Source: Flavobacteriaceae bacterium
GTDB taxonomy: Bacteria > Bacteroidota > Bacteroidia > Flavobacteriales > Flavobacteriaceae
NCBI GenBank assembly: GCA_002707745.1
Contig: PANU01000022.1
Coordinates: forward strand, 3,920-67,919
Reading direction: 5' to 3'
Length of the DNA: 64,000 nt
Positions within the stretch are counted from its first letter, which is position 1; every line of letters begins with the position of its first letter. Positions 48,908-58,754 of the stretch are shown here, piece by piece. Made by a program: the position numbers and the translations under genes. The notes under the pieces are model-generated. The model was not told where the DNA came from. It did not search any database and saw nothing but the letters and a program-made list of their open reading frames with translations.

Positions 48908-50938
48908 ATGAAGAATTATTTTTTGATGGCTTTCGCCATTTTCGGTTTCCTTTTTGTGTCATGTAACGATACCAAAAAAGAGGAGCCAAAAGAAGAAACT
49001 GCAGAAGTAAAAACCGATGACTTTAACTATCAAGTGGAGCAGGTTGCAGATCTTAAAATTTTACGCTATCAAATTCCGAGTTGGGAGGACCTAACCTTAA
49101 AGGAGCAAACACTGGTGTATTACCTTACACAGGCAGGACTAGCCGGGCGCGACATGATGTGGGCGCAAAATTACCGTCATAACTTAGCTATTAGAACAGC
49201 GTTGGAAAATGTATACCAAAATTACAAAGGCGATAAAAATACGGAGGACTGGAAAAACTTTGAGACTTATTTAAAACGAGTATGGTTTAGTAATGGTATT
49301 CACCATCATTACAGTAATGCCAAACTGAAACCAGATTTTAATAAAGAATATTTACAACAACTCCTTACTGAAACTAACAGCACACTGGAAGGAGAGGCTT
49401 TTGAAGTTATTTTTAATGACAAAGACAGTAAAAAAGTAAACCTGAGCAAAGATGCAGATATTGTTCTGGAAAGTGCAATTAACTTTTACGGACCTGATGT
49501 AACCACTGCCGACGTTGAACAATTTTATGGAGCAATTAAAGTAAATCCTGAAGAGCCTATTGAAGTAGGTCTTAACACACGCTTGGTTAAAGAAAACGGT
49601 CAGCTAAAGGAGCAGGTGTATAAAGTAGGCGGATTGTACAGTGCAGCTATCGAAAATGTTGTAAAGTGGTTAGAAAAAGCAAAAGGGGTTGCTGAAAATC
49701 CAAAACAAGCCGAAACCTTAGGATTATTAATTGAATACTACAGAACCGGAAGTTTAGATACCTGGGACGATTATGCTGTTTCCTGGGTAGAAACAACCGA
49801 TGGAAATATAGACTGGATTAACGGTTTTATTGAAGTGTATAACGACCCAAAAGGATATAAAGGTTCTTATGAAAACATAGTTCAAATTAAGGATTTTGAT
49901 ATGTCTAAAAAAATGGCAGTGCTTTCTACAGAAGCACAGTGGTTTGAGGACAATTCACCTTTAATGGAAGAGCACAAAAAGGATAGTGTGACAGGAGTTT
50001 CCTATAAAACAGTAATTGTGGCTGGAGAAGCTGGCGATGCATCTCCTAGTACTCCCATTGGAGTTAACTTGCCTAACAATAACTGGATTCGCCAAAAGCA
50101 CGGTAGTAAATCCGTTTCTTTAGGAAATATTATTAACGCATATAACAACGCAGGAGGTTCCGGACGTTTGCAGGAATTTGCACACGATGAAGAAGAAATA
50201 CGACTGGAAAAAAAATATGGTCAGTTAGCAGATAAATTGCATACTGCTTTACACGAAGTAGTGGGGCATGCTTCTGGACAAATTAATAAAGGAGTAGGTA
50301 CCCCAAAAGAAACTTTAAAGAGTTATAAGTCTACTATAGAAGAAGGTCGTGCAGATTTATTCGGGTTGTATTATTTAATGGATCCTAAACTTGAGGAGCT
50401 AGGATTGGTTGAAAACTGGAAAGAAACAGGTATGGCTGCCTATGACGGGTATATTAGAAACGGTATGATTGGTCAGTTAGTTCGTCTCGAACTAGGAGAC
50501 GACGTGGAAGAAGCACATATGCGTAACCGACAGTGGGTAAGTGCTTGGGTGTTTGAAAAGGGACAGGCAGATAACGTAATTGTAAAAGTAGAACGTGACG
50601 GAAAAACGTATTACGATATTAAAGATTACGATAAACTTCGCGAGTTGTTTGGCCAGTTGTTAAAAGAAACGCAGCGCATCACTTCTGAAGGAGATTATGA
50701 AGCAGGTAAAGCCTTGGTTGAAGATTACGGCGTAAAAGTAGACCAGACATTGCACAAGCAGGTGCTGGATAGAAATGCTCAGTTTAAATCGGCTCCCTAC
50801 AGTGGTTTTGTAAATCCTGTAATAGTTCCTAAAATGGACGACAATGGAGCTATTGAAAGTTTTAGCATAGAGCAACCAGAATCTTTTGAGAGCCAGATGT
50901 TAAAATACAGTAAAGACTACGGTTATTTAAAACAATAG
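48908..50938 (+). CDS. Dipeptidyl-peptidase III family (M49) lipoprotein
   Basis: VSC lipobox, GVNLPN, HEVVGH, EEGRAD, EAHMRNR; ATG at 48908 preferred. Confidence 0.92.
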   Translation: MKNYFLMAFAIFGFLFVSCNDTKKEEPKEETAEVKTDDFNYQVEQVADLKILRYQIPSWEDLTLKEQTLVYYLTQAGLAGRDMMWAQNYRHNLAIRTALENVYQNYKGDKNTEDWKNFETYLKRVWFSNGIHHHYSNAKLKPDFNKEYLQQLLTETNSTLEGEAFEVIFNDKDSKKVNLSKDADIVLESAINFYGPDVTTADVEQFYGAIKVNPEEPIEVGLNTRLVKENGQLKEQVYKVGGLYSAAIENVVKWLEKAKGVAENPKQAETLGLLIEYYRTGSLDTWDDYAVSWVETTDGNIDWINGFIEVYNDPKGYKGSYENIVQIKDFDMSKKMAVLSTEAQWFEDNSPLMEEHKKDSVTGVSYKTVIVAGEAGDASPSTPIGVNLPNNNWIRQKHGSKSVSLGNIINAYNNAGGSGRLQEFAHDEEEIRLEKKYGQLADKLHTALHEVVGHASGQINKGVGTPKETLKSYKSTIEEGRADLFGLYYLMDPKLEELGLVENWKETGMAAYDGYIRNGMIGQLVRLELGDDVEEAHMRNRQWVSAWVFEKGQADNVIVKVERDGKTYYDIKDYDKLRELFGQLLKETQRITSEGDYEAGKALVEDYGVKVDQTLHKQVLDRNAQFKSAPYSGFVNPVIVPKMDDNGAIESFSIEQPESFESQMLKYSKDYGYLKQ

Positions 50939-50958
50939 CTTTTTAAGTACTTAAAAAT

Positions 50959-50994
50959 AAAACCTCCTTGTGGAAGCCACAAGGAGGTTTTTTT
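50959..50994. terminator. Bidirectional terminator
   Basis: AAAACCTCCTTGTGG-AAG-CCACAAGGAGGTTTT. Confidence 0.85.
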
Positions 50995-51011
50995 AGATAA
51001 AATTTAAAAAG

Positions 51012-51851
51012 TTAGTATAGTTGAAATTTTAAACAAGATCCGGCCACTATAGTAAAATCACTTTCCCATGTTAAGTTCCCACATGTTGCAATAAAACTAT
51101 AAGTGCCAGGAGCAAGATCATTAAAATTACCACCAGCAGCAGTATTGCTACATTCTGGTAATGAACCAGGGTTAAAATACCCATCAATTATAGAAGAGCC
51201 AACGCCATTTACATTTACGGATATATCTCCACAATTAAAATCTTCAGTAATAAAAAATTTAACGTCTCCATCTACAGGGTCTCCACCAGATCCGCCAGAA
51301 CCTCCAGAACCACCTCCGCCAGTTCCGCCACCAGAGCCTCCGCCACCAGCATCACTGCAGTCTACACCATAGCCATTTACAATCACATCGAAAGAGCCAT
51401 TGGTACTTAAATTTGCTTCTAAAACAAATTCTACCCCGTTAATAGCTACGGTACACGTATTTGGGGAAATGTCACCTTCATTGTGTGCGTAAAGGGTTAC
51501 ATAATTAAAGCCGTTGAAACTAAAATTATAATCCCGGCTTACAGGGTTGTCCGGACCATCCAGTTCAATTTCATCAATAATTGTGTTTCCATTTGCTATA
51601 ATGGAAACAATATCTCCATCTACTGTTCCGTGGTCCCAAACTTCAATAGAGGTAATACGGCTTCCAATTTCAACACATCCAAGATAGTTGTTGGGTCTTC
51701 CAAAAGTTGTTGCGGGAATGATGGATGTTTCATTTACTTCAACTTGTTCCTCTTCTTCTTCTTCTGGAGAAGAGTCATCTTCCTTGTCGCAGGATGAAAA
51801 TGTAAAAGCGACAAGTAAGAAAACGGGTAATACGTACTTTAGTTTGCGCAT
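51012..51851 (-). CDS. Hypothetical two-domain lipoprotein with Gly-rich linker
   Basis: FSSC-DKEDD lipobox with acidic tail, WDHGTVDGDIV..LYAHNEG..PNT domain, GGGGSGG linker, Cys-containing C-domain. Confidence 0.8.
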   Translation of the reverse strand: MRKLKYVLPVFLLVAFTFSSCDKEDDSSPEEEEEEQVEVNETSIIPATTFGRPNNYLGCVEIGSRITSIEVWDHGTVDGDIVSIIANGNTIIDEIELDGPDNPVSRDYNFSFNGFNYVTLYAHNEGDISPNTCTVAINGVEFVLEANLSTNGSFDVIVNGYGVDCSDAGGGGSGGGTGGGGSGGSGGSGGDPVDGDVKFFITEDFNCGDISVNVNGVGSSIIDGYFNPGSLPECSNTAAGGNFNDLAPGTYSFIATCGNLTWESDFTIVAGSCLKFQLY

Positions 51852-51877
51852 AATTTGAATATTTTTAGATTATGCTT

Positions 51878-51928
51878 CAAAATTAAGTTTCAGTACCGAA
51901 AAATAAAATACCCATTACAGGGTATTTT
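51878..51928 (-). promoter_or_regulatory. Promoter -7 element plus ATACCC-N6-GGGTAT box 1
   Basis: TAATTTTG at 51885-51878; AAAATACCC-ATTACA-GGGTATTTT at 51905-51928. Confidence 0.75.
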
Positions 51929-51948
51929 TCTGAAAACTAGTAGTATAA

Positions 51949-52086
51949 AAAAGAGGCTGTCTAAAAAGTGCACTCATATTGTCAAACTGAGCTTGTCGAA
52001 GTTTTAGCAGTATTGACTATCAATACATTTCGACAGGCTCCATGTGACACATTCATGATTTTGACACTTTTTAGACAGCCTCTTTT
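51949..52086. mobile_element. MITE-like element: 22-bp perfect terminal IR enclosing a second palindromic element
   Basis: aaaagaggctgtctaaaaagtg / cactttttagacagcctctttt; inner tgtcaaactgagcttgtcgaa ... ttcgacaggctccatgtgaca. Confidence 0.7.
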
Positions 52087-52107
52087 AAATTATAGAGTGG
52101 TCCTGGA

Positions 52108-53166
52108 TTATAAGCTTACATCGTCCAATGCCATAATAGAAGAATAAATAGTATCTGTTACATCTGTTATGGTAAAAATAACATACGCTGGTGAACCAAC
52201 AGTTCCACTGGCAACAGTTTTACTTATCCATCCAGTGCTTCCACCGTAATCGTCTCCTTCATCGGGTAAACCTGGAAATCCTTCACATTGGGTGTTTCCT
52301 TCTGTACCCACCGTATTTACACTTGTTAAAAATTCAGAATGTGCCCCATCTGGGCCAACAACTGTTACAATAACACTATCGTCAAACTCAGAATCAACAA
52401 ATTCCTGAAATTCGGCTGACATGAAGTTATAATTAAAATTAAAGCTCGTAAACGAATCGTTTATAGGTCCTAAAATCATTAAGCTGGATGCTCCGGCTAT
52501 CGCAGAACCACCAGAAATTAACTGATCTCCAGAAGTTATAGCGGCAAAACTATTGCCACTTACAGGGTCTACACATCCCTGATTGCCATCCATTATGTTT
52601 CCATCTCCTATAAATTCAACTCCCTGGGTGCCGTTTTCAAAACCTGTGTTATTGTCGAAAGAACCTGTGCTCCCTGCTTTAGTGTTAAAGGTAAGGGTGT
52701 AATCCTCACCAAACGAATTTCCACCATCATCCTGGACGTCACCAGAAAGAGTAAATAAAATGGTTTTGTTGATATCAAAGACCTGAGAAGGTGAAAAGGT
52801 AAGTATTGCATACCCATTGGCTCCTTCGTTAATAGTTATTGTACCTCCTATAACTTCGCCATCCTGGGTAACTTCAAGATTGTTTTCTAATGAAGGTAAT
52901 AAAAGTTTATCATCAAAAAACAAAAGAATGGGTAACGTATTTGAGAAGGTCTCTCCCTGAACAGCTGGTACCGCTTGTGCAATAGATGGAGGGAAATCAT
53001 CATTTGCGTCTGTTACTGAGTTTACACCACCGTTACCGTTATTTACTATAACGTAAGTGGAGTCTACTACATCATCATCTGTACTATCATCAGAGGAGTC
53101 GTCTTTACTACAACTTGCAAAAATAATAAGTGTAATAAGTGCTAGAAATTTTAATTGGTTTTTCAT
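52108..53166 (-). CDS. Lipoprotein with Ig-like (SbsA/Big_5-like) domain and a beta-sandwich domain
   Basis: ASC-SKDD lipobox, LTFSP..VQDDGGN..FNT, then FENG..SAEFQEFVDSEFDD. Confidence 0.75.
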   Translation of the reverse strand: MKNQLKFLALITLIIFASCSKDDSSDDSTDDDVVDSTYVIVNNGNGGVNSVTDANDDFPPSIAQAVPAVQGETFSNTLPILLFFDDKLLLPSLENNLEVTQDGEVIGGTITINEGANGYAILTFSPSQVFDINKTILFTLSGDVQDDGGNSFGEDYTLTFNTKAGSTGSFDNNTGFENGTQGVEFIGDGNIMDGNQGCVDPVSGNSFAAITSGDQLISGGSAIAGASSLMILGPINDSFTSFNFNYNFMSAEFQEFVDSEFDDSVIVTVVGPDGAHSEFLTSVNTVGTEGNTQCEGFPGLPDEGDDYGGSTGWISKTVASGTVGSPAYVIFTITDVTDTIYSSIMALDDVSL

Positions 53167-53264
53167 AATGGTGTGTTTATTAGAGTTTTGACAAATATAT
53201 TATTTTTAAGGGCTTTAGCAAAAATCTTCAAAATAAAGATGCTCGTTGCTGCCGTTGCAGAAGG

Positions 53265-54938
53265 TTAATCTTTCCCGGTTATAGCTTCCAGGAGTAGCTT
53301 TATACGACGTGCGTTTTCAATGTCATTGGCTTCAATCTCTATGGTATTCTGGTAGTTTTCTATTTCGCCATCTTCATAAAATTTAATAATCTTGTCCATA
53401 TAATAGGTGCTTGCTGTCACGGTCACATTTTTACCCGAAGTATCCATAGTGACACTCCCTGGATTAATGTCTTTTAAGTTAAATTCGCTAATGGTTTCTT
53501 CACTTTTTTTGGAAGTAATTTCTACCTTTTTAAAAGTAACCGATACTCCTTCTGCATCGCTCTCCAGATTTTGGTCGAAGGTTACATCGTTAATAGTTAC
53601 CTTTTGAAGGTTTTCCTTTAATTTATCCAGTTTTTGAGCTTTGGAAAATCCTTCGTATTCTGGTTTTTCCTGGTTGCAAAGTTCTACTATTTCCTGTAAC
53701 GCATTTTTTATAACAATGGCATCTTCAACTTCCGAAGCATAAAATTTCAAAGCGTTTTCAAAGTTTTTTTGTTCCCCATCTTCGGTATATTTAATAAAAT
53801 CGTTCCCTCCATTAGTGTCTACCGTCAGGATTACTTCCTGTCCTTTTGTTTCGTAATTTACACTGTTTTTGTTGAGGTCTTTAAAGTTAAAAATGTATTC
53901 ATTTATACTATTCTTTTTAGAGTTTTCAAAGTTTTGCTGAAAGGTAACAACACAGTCTCCACTCAAATTCTGGGAGGTGCTGTTTTCATTTACAACTACT
54001 TTGTTGGCTAATGAGTTTACAATGGCTATCCCTTCTGAAATAGTGGTAACCTTTTGAAGGCTATTTTCAAATTTTGTGGTAGACAATGCAATAAATTCCT
54101 TCATTACCTTCTGGAAATCTCTTGCCATTTCTACGCTTTCACATACAACTTTTAAGTCGTTGGTGTAATTTTGTTGCTCTCCATCTTTAAAATATTTGAT
54201 GGTTTTAAGCTTTCTGCTTGTTTCCATAGTTACCGAAAACACTTCTCCATCGATATTAAATAATAACGAATTGGGGTTTATAGTGCTGGCATTAAATTGA
54301 AAGGTTTCTGAAGTAGCACTTTTTCCATTATTTTCTGAAACTTTAAATTCCAGTTTCCCAGGGTAGGTTTCCAGCCCTGTCATAGATTGTGCGTACTGTT
54401 TTTTAATTAAGTTTACATCAGTTACATTATTTGTTAGCCAGGCTACGTGCTCTGCATAGGTGGTTAATGAGAGTCTGTTTTCTGTTATTTTTTCGGCCAA
54501 GGGAATGGCGGCTTCTATAAGTTCTTCAATAGCCCTGCCGTTCTCAATATCTGAAGCATATAGAAAGATTTCGTTTTCGTAGGAAATCTTTTCTCCATTT
54601 TCGGTAAGTTTCAGCAAATCCTGCTTTTTACCGGCAAATACCTGCACGTTAATAACGTCTTTTTCGGTAATTGTTCGAACTGTATTTATATCTATGTCGG
54701 CAAGGTTAAACTGGTAATTCAGAGTTTTTGTGTCGCCATCTTTTAAAGCAGTTTCATTTATTTCTAACGAAACTACCCCAGGTTGACTCACCGATATTTT
54801 TTGGGAATACTCATATTTACCGCTTTCTACTTTTTTAAGTTCATTGCCAAGTGCATCTATCTTTGCTGAAAATTCTTGGCTTTGGGCAAATAGGACACTT
54901 GTACTTAGTAAACTAAGGAGGAGAATGTACTTTTTCAT
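53265..54938 (-). CDS. Secreted protein with four internal repeats of about 135 aa
   Basis: Signal peptide; YQFNLADID, FQFNASTIN, YIFNFKDLN and SEFNLKDIN, each followed by a variant of IK.EDGE..N(Y/F). Confidence 0.8.
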   Translation of the reverse strand: MKKYILLLSLLSTSVLFAQSQEFSAKIDALGNELKKVESGKYEYSQKISVSQPGVVSLEINETALKDGDTKTLNYQFNLADIDINTVRTITEKDVINVQVFAGKKQDLLKLTENGEKISYENEIFLYASDIENGRAIEELIEAAIPLAEKITENRLSLTTYAEHVAWLTNNVTDVNLIKKQYAQSMTGLETYPGKLEFKVSENNGKSATSETFQFNASTINPNSLLFNIDGEVFSVTMETSRKLKTIKYFKDGEQQNYTNDLKVVCESVEMARDFQKVMKEFIALSTTKFENSLQKVTTISEGIAIVNSLANKVVVNENSTSQNLSGDCVVTFQQNFENSKKNSINEYIFNFKDLNKNSVNYETKGQEVILTVDTNGGNDFIKYTEDGEQKNFENALKFYASEVEDAIVIKNALQEIVELCNQEKPEYEGFSKAQKLDKLKENLQKVTINDVTFDQNLESDAEGVSVTFKKVEITSKKSEETISEFNLKDINPGSVTMDTSGKNVTVTASTYYMDKIIKFYEDGEIENYQNTIEIEANDIENARRIKLLLEAITGKD

Positions 54939-54978
54939 GATTAAATTAATTTTGGTTATTTGGTTAACTAATTAGTTG

Positions 54979-55026
54979 CTAAACTATAGTGGTAAAGGTA
55001 ATAAGTCAATACCCAATGAAGGGTAT
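54979..55026 (-). promoter_or_regulatory. Promoter-like element plus ATACCC-N6-GGGTAT box 2
   Basis: TAGTTTAG (one mismatch) at 54986-54979; ATACCC-AATGAA-GGGTAT at 55009-55026. Confidence 0.7.
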
Positions 55027-55028
55027 AT

Positions 55029-55412
55029 TTAGCCTTGTAAATTTTTATGAGCATGCTGAAAAGCAGCTTTTTGAAGTTTTCCGCTTCCTTTTAAATGCAG
55101 TTTCTTAATTATGTTTTTTCTGTGTGTACTTACTGTCTCCTTACTTATCTCTAGCAGGGAAGACATTTCCTGTGAGTTAAATCCCAGGCCTATAAGATTA
55201 AATATTTGTGTTTCGCGTTGGGTAAGTTTAGGACTGTTCTTTAAATTTTTTTCTACCAGGAAAAGCAGAAATACTGTTTTTTCAATAATTGCTTTGTTAT
55301 GGGTAATATTTTTAAAAGCATTCATGATTAAAGCAGTTTCTTCTAATGTGACTACAGTTTTTTTCTTTTCGGCCTCTTTTATAACGGCTATGATTTTCTT
55401 GGTAAAATTCAT
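55029..55412 (-). CDS. LuxR-type HTH regulator without receiver domain
   Basis: LTQRETQIFNLIGLG..S.ETVSTHRKNIIKKL. Confidence 0.88.
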   Translation of the reverse strand: MNFTKKIIAVIKEAEKKKTVVTLEETALIMNAFKNITHNKAIIEKTVFLLFLVEKNLKNSPKLTQRETQIFNLIGLGFNSQEMSSLLEISKETVSTHRKNIIKKLHLKGSGKLQKAAFQHAHKNLQG

Positions 55413-55416
55413 GGTC

Positions 55417-55464
55417 CAAAAATACGGGCACTATTAGTTCAATAAAATACCCACTATGGGGGAT
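55417..55464 (-). promoter_or_regulatory. Promoter -7 element plus box 3
   Basis: TATTTTTG at 55424-55417; ATACCC-ACTATG-GGGGAT at 55447-55464. Confidence 0.7.
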
Positions 55465-55470
55465 ATTTAA

Positions 55471-56097
55471 TTAAAAATCGTATTTTTTCTCTAGCGCATA
55501 TCGCAACAATTCTCCTTTTCCGGAAAGTCCAAGTTTACGTATCATGTTTTTTCTGTGCTTTTCGACTGTAGATACGGCTGTAAAACGAGCTGTTGCTATC
55601 TCGCTGGTAGTTTTACCCTGTCCAATGAGTTTTAAAATTTCACGCTCACTTTTAGACAATAAACTTTTTTTTGTCTCCAGGGTACTTTCAGTGTTAAAAA
55701 AAGAAGCATCAATACTTCTATCAAAAAAAGTACCCCCGGCATGCACTGTTCGTATAGCTGTAAGTACTTCTTCCAAAGGTGAGTTTTTTAAGAGATACCC
55801 TTTTGCTCCGGCTTTAATCATTTGCTTTACGGCATCTGCTTGGTCAAACATAGTGAAGGCAATCACCTTGGTGTTTTCATAGTGAGAGCAAATGCGTTTG
55901 GTTGCGGTAATACCGTCTACTTTAGGCATTTTTATGTCCATTAGAATAACGTCCGGGCTGTTTTTTAGGGCGAGCTCCAGAAGGGCTTCCCCGTCGTTGG
56001 CAGTTCCAATAATGGTTACATCGTCTTCGTATTTTAGCAATAAATTAATTCCATCTACAAGCGATTGGTGATCTTCGGCTATGGCTACTTTTATCAT
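55471..56097 (-). CDS. NarL/LuxR family response regulator
   Basis: AEDH, MDIKMP..DG, GYLLK receiver; C-terminal TVEKHRKNM HTH. Confidence 0.95.
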   Translation of the reverse strand: MIKVAIAEDHQSLVDGINLLLKYEDDVTIIGTANDGEALLELALKNSPDVILMDIKMPKVDGITATKRICSHYENTKVIAFTMFDQADAVKQMIKAGAKGYLLKNSPLEEVLTAIRTVHAGGTFFDRSIDASFFNTESTLETKKSLLSKSEREILKLIGQGKTTSEIATARFTAVSTVEKHRKNMIRKLGLSGKGELLRYALEKKYDF

Positions 56098-58118
56098 AAG
56101 GGTATGTCTATAATAATGTGTGTTCCTTTTCCTATTGTTGAATCTACTTCCATAGTTCCTTCAAGGTGTTCAATGCGTTTTTCTATACTGCTTAACCCCA
56201 TCCCGTCCTTTTGTTGAAGACCACGGGCATCAAAGCCTTTTCCGTTGTCTTCAACAATAATGTTTAACGCGTCTTTATATTGGTTTATAGCAATGCTGGC
56301 CTCGGTAGCTTGCGAATGCTTTATAATGTTGGTAATTAATTCCTGGATAACTCTAAATACTGAAATCTCCAGGGTGTTTTCCAAGCGTTCTTCCAGACCA
56401 AAATCTTCTACTTCAATTTGTAAATTGTTGATTCCTGAAGCATTCGCGGCTAATTTCTGAACGGCAGGCAAAAGTCCGTTTTTAGCAATTACACCACTGT
56501 TTTTAACGTGTGCCATGGAACGTATTTCTGAATAGGCATCGTCTAGCAGTTTACCTGTTTTTGTAAAAAGTTCTTCTGTTTGAGAGCCTTTATCTCTATT
56601 TTTAGAAAGATGATGAAACTGAAGTTTTGCAGCCGCTAACGTAGCTCCCACACTGTCATGCAAATCGCTCGCCAGTCGTTGACGTTCTTTTTCCTGACCC
56701 GAGAGCATTGCATCAATAGTAGTGAGTTCTTGCTCTTTTAATATTTTTTCTTTTTTCTGAATTTCCAGGGCGCGTCCCTGTTCGGCAATGTATTGTTTGC
56801 GTTTGGTGTTTTTGTAGATTAAAACAGAGATTAAGATAATTCCAAGTAACCCTCCCGCTAAACCAATAGCGATATTTTTATTGTTTTTACTGTTTTTTTC
56901 TGAAACTAAAAGTTTTTTTTCCTTTTCGGCAGTCTCCAGTTTAACTTTTAACTCGTTTATTTTTTCTTTATTTTCTTTAAAATTCAGGGCAGCTTCATTG
57001 TAATTGGATTGTTCCAGATTGTAATATGCTTCTTTAAATTCGCCTAAAGGCGCGAGCACTTTCATAGCAGCAAAACGATTGTAAGCGTATAATTTTCTGA
57101 TGCTGTCCGGAGACCTGATAAATTTTTTACTTTTTGAAAGAAACAGATAGGCCTCCTCCTTGTTATTCCTTAGTGCTTCTAAGGCAGCCGACTCTAAAAG
57201 AGCATAGTACTTTGCTTCGGTGGTGTGCTGTGTGTCAGGCAGGTCAAGAATTAATTGGGCATACATTTCAAGACTGTCTAATTTTTTAGCATTTCTAAAG
57301 TATGCGGTTAATATGTCGTATATTTTACCATTCCAATTATCCGAAAGGGTTGCTTTTTTTTGAAATTTTATAAGTGCTTTTGCGTTTTCGGGGAACTGCT
57401 CTCCATGATAAATGGAAAGGGCATTAAAGGTAGCTTCATAATATTTGCCTATAGTGCTATCTGCCAGAGTGCTAGCTATGTTTTGTAAACGGATGATATA
57501 TTCCTGGGTCCGTACCGAGTTTTGTGTTTTTTGTAAAAAATAATATTCTATTATTCCTAATAACCCTATCTTTTCAATTATTTGAAGTTCTGTTTCTTTC
57601 GATAGCTCGATGGCATTTGTGAAAGCAATAAAACTTTCGGGGTTTCCAGATTCGTATTTTAATAAATAGAATCCGTTAGACAGGTAATTTATAGCCTGTA
57701 TCCTGGGGTCGTCATTTGTTTTTAGTTGCGAGACTGTAACAGAGTCTGTCGTTTTCAGCGACCCGTTATTTTGCATTAATTGTGCTAATGCATCCATAGC
57801 TTGTACCACAACTACATTTTTTAAATTTTCAGAGTGAACCTTATACTCTTTAAAATTTAATTCATAAAGTGAATTTAAACACTTCGTAATGCTTTCCTCT
57901 GAAGCTATTTGAACAGTATTGTCAAGACTGGAAGGTGTATAAGTTAAGATTTTACTGAATGCATTGGCCCTCTCTTTTTTTTCTGATAGAGTATATTTTT
58001 CAGTGTCAAAAATTTTATGAGTTCCAGAGTTGGTTGGATACAATGCTGAAGTAGTAGTCCACCCATACATAAAATAGGGATAGACTACTAGTAAAAATAC
58101 GATTGAAAAAAACCTCAA
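56094..58118 (-). CDS. Membrane sensor histidine kinase (HisKA_3) with large helical, TPR-like periplasmic region
   Basis: ERQRLASDLHDSVG, QELITNIIKH, EDNGKGF, GMGL; TM segment IAIGLAGGLLGIILISVLIY. Confidence 0.92.
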   Translation of the reverse strand: MRFFSIVFLLVVYPYFMYGWTTTSALYPTNSGTHKIFDTEKYTLSEKKERANAFSKILTYTPSSLDNTVQIASEESITKCLNSLYELNFKEYKVHSENLKNVVVVQAMDALAQLMQNNGSLKTTDSVTVSQLKTNDDPRIQAINYLSNGFYLLKYESGNPESFIAFTNAIELSKETELQIIEKIGLLGIIEYYFLQKTQNSVRTQEYIIRLQNIASTLADSTIGKYYEATFNALSIYHGEQFPENAKALIKFQKKATLSDNWNGKIYDILTAYFRNAKKLDSLEMYAQLILDLPDTQHTTEAKYYALLESAALEALRNNKEEAYLFLSKSKKFIRSPDSIRKLYAYNRFAAMKVLAPLGEFKEAYYNLEQSNYNEAALNFKENKEKINELKVKLETAEKEKKLLVSEKNSKNNKNIAIGLAGGLLGIILISVLIYKNTKRKQYIAEQGRALEIQKKEKILKEQELTTIDAMLSGQEKERQRLASDLHDSVGATLAAAKLQFHHLSKNRDKGSQTEELFTKTGKLLDDAYSEIRSMAHVKNSGVIAKNGLLPAVQKLAANASGINNLQIEVEDFGLEERLENTLEISVFRVIQELITNIIKHSQATEASIAINQYKDALNIIVEDNGKGFDARGLQQKDGMGLSSIEKRIEHLEGTMEVDSTIGKGTHIIIDIPL

Positions 58119-58130
58119 TGTGTTTTTGTT

Positions 58131-58754
58131 TTAGGGATTGAAAACTAATTGAAAGTGAGCCACTCTGCATCTAATAGCCGGGCCTACTAAGTTACTTTCT
58201 TCCTCTTTATCCAAAACACTACGAACAGGAAAATCATTTCCCTGGTCTGCAATATCGCGTACCTTTCTCTCGGCATAGGTCCACCCGTCTCTATAATAGA
58301 ATTCATCATCAAAAACGCCATGGTTTAGGGCATTTTTATCGATATCACCAGAAATGGGAATGAGGTCTCTAACCACTTTTAAATTGGTCCTGTCTTCAAT
58401 TTTTATAGGGGTGTCCAGGTCAATGTCTACTTCTGGTTTTGTAGTTCCAGATACTGCAGCCTGCATGGTAATATTAATTAAAAGCATAGGGTCTTTGCCA
58501 GCTTCTTTAACTTTAGAGACTGTTGTTTTAAGGTTTTCATTAGTTGAAAAACCTAAATCGAGTATTCCCTTATAGTTGAGTACAATCATTTTAAGTCCCG
58601 TAATAACAGAAGAATTTTTAGTTGTTTCTTTTGTTTTAAAATATCCATAAATAAAGTAATTGGTTCCATAAGATTGGCTGGCAAAGAAAAGTTGTTTTTT
58701 TTCGTTTTCTCCAATCTTAATAGTGGAGTGAAAATCGTCAAATTCAGAAATCAT
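58131..58754 (-). CDS. Hypothetical protein heading the kinase operon
   Basis: 207-aa ORF ending 12 nt before the kinase start; no recognisable motif or signal peptide. Confidence 0.7.
   Translation of the reverse strand: MISEFDDFHSTIKIGENEKKQLFFASQSYGTNYFIYGYFKTKETTKNSSVITGLKMIVLNYKGILDLGFSTNENLKTTVSKVKEAGKDPMLLINITMQAAVSGTTKPEVDIDLDTPIKIEDRTNLKVVRDLIPISGDIDKNALNHGVFDDEFYYRDGWTYAERKVRDIADQGNDFPVRSVLDKEEESNLVGPAIRCRVAHFQLVFNP

Noticed and set aside
51284-51350. GC-rich ccgcca/ccagaa repeats
   Set aside because: They encode the Gly/Ser linker of the 279-aa lipoprotein
53192-53240. Fifth ATACCC-N6-GGGTAT box upstream of the 352-aa lipoprotein
   Set aside because: A TATATTTG element is present, but the sequence at the expected spacing (aaatcttcaaaataaagat) does not match the box
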